Shown: in pieces, positions 26,842 to 32,000 of the stretch
Position numbering within the stretch: position 1 is the first letter of the stretch
How the letters are laid out: every line of letters begins with the position of its first letter
Origin: Pseudodesulfovibrio mercurii
Lineage (GTDB): Bacteria; Desulfobacterota; Desulfovibrionia; Desulfovibrionales; Desulfovibrionaceae
Direction: 5' to 3'
DNA length: 32,000 nt
Assembly: GCF_000189295.2 (NCBI RefSeq)
Contig: NC_016803.1
Coordinates: 540,001-572,000 of the forward strand
Notes under the pieces: model-generated
The model's database searches: none
What the model saw: only the letters and a program-made list of their open reading frames with translations
Told to the model about the DNA's origin: nothing
Translations under genes and position numbers: made by a program

Positions 26842-28065
26842 ATGGACGCGCTCTTTTCCGAACTGGACCGCCAGACCGAGGCGGTCGTCGAACTGCAGAC
26901 CAGACTGACGGCCATTCCGGCCCTCGGACCCCGCAACGGGGGCGAAGGCGAAAAGGCCAAGGCCGACTTCCTGCTCGGCCATCTCCAATCCATGGGTATC
27001 CGGGACATCCGCGAGTTCAACGCCCCGGACCCGGACGTGCCCTGCGGCTACCGCCCCAACATCGTGGCGGTCGTCCCCGGCAGGAACACGGAAAAGACCC
27101 TGTGGGTCATATCGCACATCGACGTGGTCCCTCCGGGAGACCTCGGGCTGTGGAATTCCGATCCCTACGTGGTTCAGCGCGACGGCGACACCCTGGTCGG
27201 CCGGGGCGTGGAGGACAACCAGCAGGGCATGGTCTCCTCGCTGCTGACCGCCAAGGGGCTGCTCGACCTGAAGATCACCCCGGAGATGAACTACGGCCTG
27301 ATCCTCGTGTCCGACGAGGAGACCGGCTCGGGCTTCGGCCTGGACTACATCGTTCGCGAGCACGAGGACCTCTTCGGCAAGGACGACCTCTTCCTGGTCC
27401 CGGATTCCGGCGAACCCTCCTCCGAGATGGTCGAGGTGGCCGAAAAGTCCATGTTTTGGGTCAAGATCACCGTGATCGGCAAGCAGTGCCACGCCTCCAC
27501 CCCGGACCAGGGCGTCAACTCCATGTTCCCCAGCGCGGAGTTCATCCTGCGCATCAAGGAGTTGGAGACCCTGTACCCGGCCGAGGACGCCCTGTTCAGC
27601 CCGCCCCGCTCCACCTTCCAACCGACCATGCGCGAGGCCAACGTGGCCAACGTGAACACCATGCCCGGCCGGGACGTGTTCTACGTGGACTGCCGGGTCA
27701 TGCCCCAGTACGACCTGAACGACGTACTCGGAACCATCCGGGCCATTGGCGCCGAGGTGGCGGCCAAGTACGGCGTGACCGTGGAGTGCGAGCCGATCAT
27801 GTGGGAGCAGGCCGCACCGGCCACCCCGGCGGACAGCGAGATCGCGGTCCGGACCATGGCCTCGGTGCGCAGGATCTACCACAACAATCCGCATACCGTG
27901 GGCGTGGGCGGCGGCACCGTGGCCGCGTTCCTGCGTCGCAAGGGCTACGACGCCGTGGTCTGGTCCACCCTGAACCACAACGCGCACCAGCCCAATGAAT
28001 GGTCTTCCATCAAGAGCACCATCGGCGACGCCAAGGTCATCGCCGACATGCTCCTGACCCGGTAG
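26842..28065 (+). CDS. M20 family metallo-hydrolase (ArgE/DapE-like)
   Basis: The ATG at 26842 is preceded by GGAGG. Contains SHIDVVPPG, GRGVEDNQQG, SDEETGS, GKQCHAST, and a C-terminal NHNAHQPNEW. Confidence 0.8.
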   Translation: MDALFSELDRQTEAVVELQTRLTAIPALGPRNGGEGEKAKADFLLGHLQSMGIRDIREFNAPDPDVPCGYRPNIVAVVPGRNTEKTLWVISHIDVVPPGDLGLWNSDPYVVQRDGDTLVGRGVEDNQQGMVSSLLTAKGLLDLKITPEMNYGLILVSDEETGSGFGLDYIVREHEDLFGKDDLFLVPDSGEPSSEMVEVAEKSMFWVKITVIGKQCHASTPDQGVNSMFPSAEFILRIKELETLYPAEDALFSPPRSTFQPTMREANVANVNTMPGRDVFYVDCRVMPQYDLNDVLGTIRAIGAEVAAKYGVTVECEPIMWEQAAPATPADSEIAVRTMASVRRIYHNNPHTVGVGGGTVAAFLRRKGYDAVVWSTLNHNAHQPNEWSSIKSTIGDAKVIADMLLTR

Positions 28066-28080
28066 ACCCCGCGGGGAGCC

Positions 28081-29964
28081 ATGCAGCGCAAGCAACCCAT
28101 TCCGGCCGAGTTCGACCTCATCGTGGTCGGCGCGGGCCATGCCGGGTGCGAGGCCGCCATGGCCTCGGCCCGGCTGGGCCTCAAGACCCTGCTGCTGACC
28201 ATCAACGTGGACCGCATCGGGCACCTCTCCTGCAACCCGGCCATCGGCGGCCTGGCCAAGGGCCACATGGTCAAGGAGATCGACGCCCTGGGCGGCATGA
28301 TGGGGCTGTGGGCCGACGCTGCGGGCATCCAGTTCCGCATCCTGAACACCCGCAAGGGCCCGGCCGTGCGTTCGAGCCGGGCCCAGATCGACCGCGCCGA
28401 ATACATGCGCGTGGTCCAGCGCTCGGTATTCAGCCAGGAGAACCTGTGGGTCTTCCAGGACATGGGCGCGGCCGTGCTGACCGAGAACGGCGCGGTCAGC
28501 GGCCTGCGCACGGAGCTGGGCGAGGTCTTCCCGGCCCGGGCCGTGCTCCTGACCACCGGGACCTTCCTGCGCGGGCTCATGCACATCGGTCTGGAACACT
28601 TCAGCGGCGGGCGCATGGGCGATCCGGCGGCCAACTCCCTGTCCGCCAGCCTGCGCGAGCTGGGCTTCGACCTGGGCCGCCTCAAGACCGGCACCACCCC
28701 GCGTCTGCTGCGCGACTCCATCGATTTTTCGGCCATGCAGGAGCAGCCCGGCGACGACCCGCCCACGCCCTTCAGCTTCCGCAACAGGACCGTGCCCCTG
28801 CCCCAGGTGTCCTGCTGGCTGACCTACACCAACGAGCGGGCCCACGAGGCCATCCGCTCGGGCTTCGACCGTTCGCCCATGTTCACCGGAATCATCGAGG
28901 GCACGGGCGCGCGCTACTGTCCGTCCATCGAGGACAAGGTGGCCCGGTTCCCGGAAAAGGACCGGCACCAGATCTTCGTCGAACCGGAGGGGCTTCACAG
29001 CCCGGAGATGTACCCCAGCGGCATCCCCACCAGCCTGCCCTTCGACGTGCAGAAGAAGATGATCCGGGCCATCCGGGGGCTGGAGAACGCCCAGATCGTC
29101 CGGCCGGGCTATGCCATCGAGTATGATTTCGTGCCGCCCACCCAGCTCAGGCCCACCCTGGAGACCAAGGCGGTCCCCGGGCTTTACTGCGCGGGCCAGA
29201 TCAACGGCACCTCGGGCTACGAGGAGGCCGCCGCCCAGGGGCTGTGGGCCGCGCTCAACGCGGCCTGCAAGCTGCTCGGCCGCGAGCCGTTCCTGCTCTC
29301 CCGCGACCAGGCGTACATGGCCGTGCTGGTGGACGACCTGGTGACCAAGGGCACCGAGGAGCCCTACCGCATGTTCACCTCCCGCGCCGAGCACCGGCTG
29401 CTCCTGCGCGAGGGCAACGCGGACGAACGGCTGACCCCGGTGGGCCGGGACCTCGGGCTGGTGGACGACGACCAGTGGCGGCTGTTCACGGCCAAGCAGG
29501 AAAAACTTCAAGCGGTGCTTGAAGCCATGCACTCCATCCGCATCCGCCCGGACGCCGCCACCCGCGAGACGCTTGAGTCCATCGGCGCGTCCGTGCCGGG
29601 CAAGGCCGTGGAGCTGGCCTCCTTGCTGCGCCAGCCGCAGATGGACATTGACCGGCTGGCCGTGTTCTGCCCGGAACTGGCCGGACTGGACCGCGAGGTC
29701 CTGTGCGAGGCCGAGGTGCAGGTGCGCTACGAGGGGTACCTGGTCAAGCAGGAGGAGCTGGTGGCCAAGTTCAAGTCCCTGGAGGACAAGGTCCTGCCCG
29801 AGGACCTGGACTACGGATCGGTCTCGGGCCTGACCCGCGAGGTGGTCGAGAAGCTGTCCCGCATCCAGCCCCGGACCCTGGGCCAGGCCGGACGCATCTC
29901 CGGCGTCACCCCGGCGGCCCTGGCCTGCCTGGAAATCCACCTGAAAAAACTCGGCCTATCGTAA
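28081..29964 (+). CDS. mnmG: tRNA uridine-5-carboxymethylaminomethyl synthesis enzyme MnmG (GidA)
   Basis: 627 aa. FAD motif VVGAGHAGCEAA, then NPAIGGLAKGHMVKEIDALGG, GARYCPSIEDK, AGQINGTSGYEEAAAQG, and a C-terminal GRISGVTPAA. Confidence 0.97.
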   Translation: MQRKQPIPAEFDLIVVGAGHAGCEAAMASARLGLKTLLLTINVDRIGHLSCNPAIGGLAKGHMVKEIDALGGMMGLWADAAGIQFRILNTRKGPAVRSSRAQIDRAEYMRVVQRSVFSQENLWVFQDMGAAVLTENGAVSGLRTELGEVFPARAVLLTTGTFLRGLMHIGLEHFSGGRMGDPAANSLSASLRELGFDLGRLKTGTTPRLLRDSIDFSAMQEQPGDDPPTPFSFRNRTVPLPQVSCWLTYTNERAHEAIRSGFDRSPMFTGIIEGTGARYCPSIEDKVARFPEKDRHQIFVEPEGLHSPEMYPSGIPTSLPFDVQKKMIRAIRGLENAQIVRPGYAIEYDFVPPTQLRPTLETKAVPGLYCAGQINGTSGYEEAAAQGLWAALNAACKLLGREPFLLSRDQAYMAVLVDDLVTKGTEEPYRMFTSRAEHRLLLREGNADERLTPVGRDLGLVDDDQWRLFTAKQEKLQAVLEAMHSIRIRPDAATRETLESIGASVPGKAVELASLLRQPQMDIDRLAVFCPELAGLDREVLCEAEVQVRYEGYLVKQEELVAKFKSLEDKVLPEDLDYGSVSGLTREVVEKLSRIQPRTLGQAGRISGVTPAALACLEIHLKKLGLS

Positions 29965-29985
29965 CAATCCCCCGGCCGCCGTCGG

Positions 29986-30014
29986 TTGACAGGGTGTCAC
30001 AGTCTGTCTAAATA
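29986..30014 (+). promoter_or_regulatory. candidate sigma-70 promoter for corC-lnt
   Basis: Perfect TTGACA (29986-29991), 17-nt spacer, TAAATA (30009-30014). The -35 region is part of the small palindrome TGACA-GGG-TGTCA. Confidence 0.4.
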
Positions 30015-30094
30015 CATGAACATCGGTGCGACGTTCGCCCGAAAAGGCCCGCGCACCGCGCATCGCTTCTGAACCCCACGAAAGGAGTCTGGTC

Positions 30095-30916
30095 TTGGAC
30101 GAAGGATCCGACAGTCGATTTCGCAACATTTTCAAGAAAATATTCGGCAACAACGAGCACCAGATAGAGGAACACATCCTCGAGGCCAAGGCCGACGGCG
30201 AGCTGGAGAGCCATGAGGTCTCCATGCTCCTGAACGTGCTCGGCCTGGACCAGAAGCTCGTGGAGGAGATCATGGTCCCGCGCACGGACATGGTCTGCGC
30301 CGACGCCTCCAGCACCGTCAAGGACGTGGCCGAGCTCATCGTCAATCAGGGCGCCCACTCCCGCATCCCCATCTATCAGGACAACAAGGACCACATCTTC
30401 GGCCTGGTCCACGCCAAGGACCTGCTCGAGCCCCTGCTCAACGGCCAGGCGGACCGGTCCGTGGTGGAACTGCTGCGCCCCGCCTTCTTTGTGGCCGAGG
30501 ACAAGCCCCTGGACGAGGTCCTGGCCTATTTCAAGAAGGAAAAGCTGCACATGGCCGTCGTCCAGGACGAATACGGCGGGACCTCGGGCATGGTCACCAT
30601 GGAGGACGTGCTTGAGGAGATCGTCGGCGACATCTCGGACGAATACGACGAGCAGCGCCCGGACGAGATCCAGGACTATTCGGACGGGACCTTCGTGGTC
30701 TCGGGCCGCGCCCCGCTGGAGGACGTCAACCGCAAGTTCGGCCTGGACCTGGAGAGCGAGGAAGTGGACTCCATCGGCGGCTACATGGCCGCCCTGGCCG
30801 GGCGCATCCCGGACCCGGGCACGCTGTACACCTTTTCGGGCTGGCGGTTCACGGTCATGGAGGCCGACGAGCGCCAGATCTGGACCATCAAGGTCGAGCC
30901 CCTGGGGACCGAGTAG
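30095..30916 (+). CDS. corC: CBS-pair plus CorC_HlyC domain protein (CorC/YbeX-like magnesium/cobalt efflux-associated)
   Basis: A TTG at 30095 with SD AAAGGAG 7 nt upstream is the favoured start. The track's GTG at 30026 lacks an SD and would sit about 5 nt from the predicted TSS. Contains IMVPRTDM, two CBS motifs, and the C-terminal transporter-associated domain. Confidence 0.85.
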   Translation: MDEGSDSRFRNIFKKIFGNNEHQIEEHILEAKADGELESHEVSMLLNVLGLDQKLVEEIMVPRTDMVCADASSTVKDVAELIVNQGAHSRIPIYQDNKDHIFGLVHAKDLLEPLLNGQADRSVVELLRPAFFVAEDKPLDEVLAYFKKEKLHMAVVQDEYGGTSGMVTMEDVLEEIVGDISDEYDEQRPDEIQDYSDGTFVVSGRAPLEDVNRKFGLDLESEEVDSIGGYMAALAGRIPDPGTLYTFSGWRFTVMEADERQIWTIKVEPLGTE

Positions 30917-30919
30917 GCC

Positions 30920-32000
30920 GTGCTCAAACTGGTGCTTCTCGCGACGTTGGGGGCCTGGATCGGGTTCGCCAACCCGCTGTTCCATTTCCCGCCAGCGGTC
31001 CTCGCTTTCCCCCTGGGGCTGGCCTGGATCGGTCTGCGCGCCGTGTCCGGCGGCCGGGCCTTCCGCTTCGGCTGGCTGGCCGGGACCCTGGCGGCCACGG
31101 GCTGCTTCTACTGGATGGTCATCCCGGTGCAGATCTACGGCGGGCTGCCGTGGTACGTGGCCCTGCCCTGCCCCGTGCTCCTGGCCGGGTTCATCGGCCT
31201 GTATTTCGGCCTGTTCGCCTACGCCATGCATTTCGCGGGCAAGCGCATCGACGGAATGCCCCTCTGCCTGCTGGCCGGGTTCGCCTGGGCGAGCATGGAG
31301 ATGCTCATGGGCTCCGTGTTCTCGGGCTTCCCATGGATGAACCTGTCCTCGGCCTTCGCGGCCTGGCCCTTTGCCGTGCAGGGGGCTTCGGTCATCGGGG
31401 CCTACGGTCTGTCCGGCCTGTACACGGCCCTGGCCGTGGCCCTGCTGCTCTGCGCCACCTATCGCGGGGCCCTGGTCCTGGCCGTTTCCCTGACCGCCCT
31501 GATCGCGGGCTTCGGGTTCTGGCGCGTGTCCGCCTTCGACGTGGGCAAGCTCGACTACATGGTCACCCTGGTCCAGGGCAACGTGGACCAGGGGCAGAAA
31601 TGGGATCGCGCCTACCAGGCGGCGACCGTCCGGAAATACGCCCGGCTGAGCGCCGAGGCCATCGCCCTGCATCACCCCAAGGTGGTCATCTGGCCCGAGA
31701 CGGCCATGCCCTTTTATCTCCAGGAGCCGACCCCCTACCGCAAGGCCCTGGAAACCCTGGTCCATGAGACCGACACCCCGCTCATCACCGGTTCGCCCGC
31801 CTACCGCGTGACCAATACCAAGACCAACGCCTACGTGCTCTACAACCGGGCCTGGCTCATGGACACCCTGGGCCAGACCACCCAGTCCTACGACAAGGAG
31901 CACCTGGTGCCCTTCGGCGAGTACATGCCCCTGGAGGAGTGGATTCCCTTCAAGAAGCTGGTCCAGGCCGCGGGCGACTTCAAGCCGGGCCTGGACAACA
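30920..32000 (+). CDS. lnt: apolipoprotein N-acyltransferase, N-terminal ~360 codons; continues past the right edge
   Basis: Not in the ORF track because there is no stop inside the window. The GTG at 30920 opens a frame that runs to the end. It encodes hydrophobic N-terminal helices (VLKLVLLATLGAWIGFANPLF...), then the CN-hydrolase start VTLVQGNVDQGQKWD, VIWPETAMPF and KEHLVPFGEYMP. corC-lnt adjacency matches E. coli ybeX-lnt. Confidence 0.85.
   Translation, partial: MLKLVLLATLGAWIGFANPLFHFPPAVLAFPLGLAWIGLRAVSGGRAFRFGWLAGTLAATGCFYWMVIPVQIYGGLPWYVALPCPVLLAGFIGLYFGLFAYAMHFAGKRIDGMPLCLLAGFAWASMEMLMGSVFSGFPWMNLSSAFAAWPFAVQGASVIGAYGLSGLYTALAVALLLCATYRGALVLAVSLTALIAGFGFWRVSAFDVGKLDYMVTLVQGNVDQGQKWDRAYQAATVRKYARLSAEAIALHHPKVVIWPETAMPFYLQEPTPYRKALETLVHETDTPLITGSPAYRVTNTKTNAYVLYNRAWLMDTLGQTTQSYDKEHLVPFGEYMPLEEWIPFKKLVQAAGDFKPGLDN

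Noticed and set aside
26743-29940. 1065-aa ORF on the minus strand
   Set aside because: It lies entirely antisense to the well-supported M20 hydrolase and mnmG genes. The translation is low-complexity and rich in G, R, A, D, H and L, with no recognisable motifs. This is a typical high-GC shadow frame.
30026-30094. GTG start giving a 23-codon N-terminal extension of corC
   Set aside because: It has no SD and lies only about 5 nt from the TSS predicted by the TTGACA-17-TAAATA promoter. The TTG at 30095 has AAAGGAG at ideal spacing. This is not fully excluded.
30008-31903. 631-aa minus-strand ORF
   Set aside because: It is antisense to corC and lnt and is a shadow frame. The same applies to the plus-strand alternative frames at 30489-31340 and 31150-31767.

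Overview
High-GC (~60-65%) bacterial chromosome segment. Gene content and style suggest a Desulfovibrio/Pseudodesulfovibrio-like sulfate reducer, but that assignment is inference only. The window is densely packed with conserved housekeeping genes. Left to right: the 3' part of a sodium:solute symporter; dut-argD; a tiny stand-alone ORF; a tight prmA / endonuclease-III-like / envC-like / ctpA / yibQ-like string; an isolated fliM; a three-gene ABC importer (COG2984/4120/1101 type); ndk-proC. On the minus strand: cbiB and an expanded macromolecular-synthesis operon (rpsU-yqeY-mutS2-dnaG-rpoD), then hup plus an unlisted 56-codon membrane ORF, and rsmA. Back on the plus strand: apt-mtnP-mtaD, a PxxKW-type Cys-rich small protein, an M20 hydrolase with mnmG, corC, and the 5' part of lnt. 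The lnt ORF runs off the right edge and is missing from the ORF track. I saw no rRNA, tRNA, CRISPR array, IS/integrase, prophage, toxin-antitoxin or recognisable defence genes. I do not find convincing evidence for a novel multi-gene system; this looks like core, syntenic chromosome. The items most worth a second look are small-scale: two unrecognised micro-genes (2973-3179 and 22049-22219), an inverted pair of ~90-nt homopurine hairpin repeats capping the convergent proC and cbiB genes, a fliM leader with both sigma-28-like and sigma-54-like promoter motifs, and cbiB starting directly after the rpoD terminator. The many long ORFs antisense to real genes are high-GC shadow frames and were rejected. 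All promoter and terminator calls are motif or structure readings by eye and need experimental or computational confirmation.
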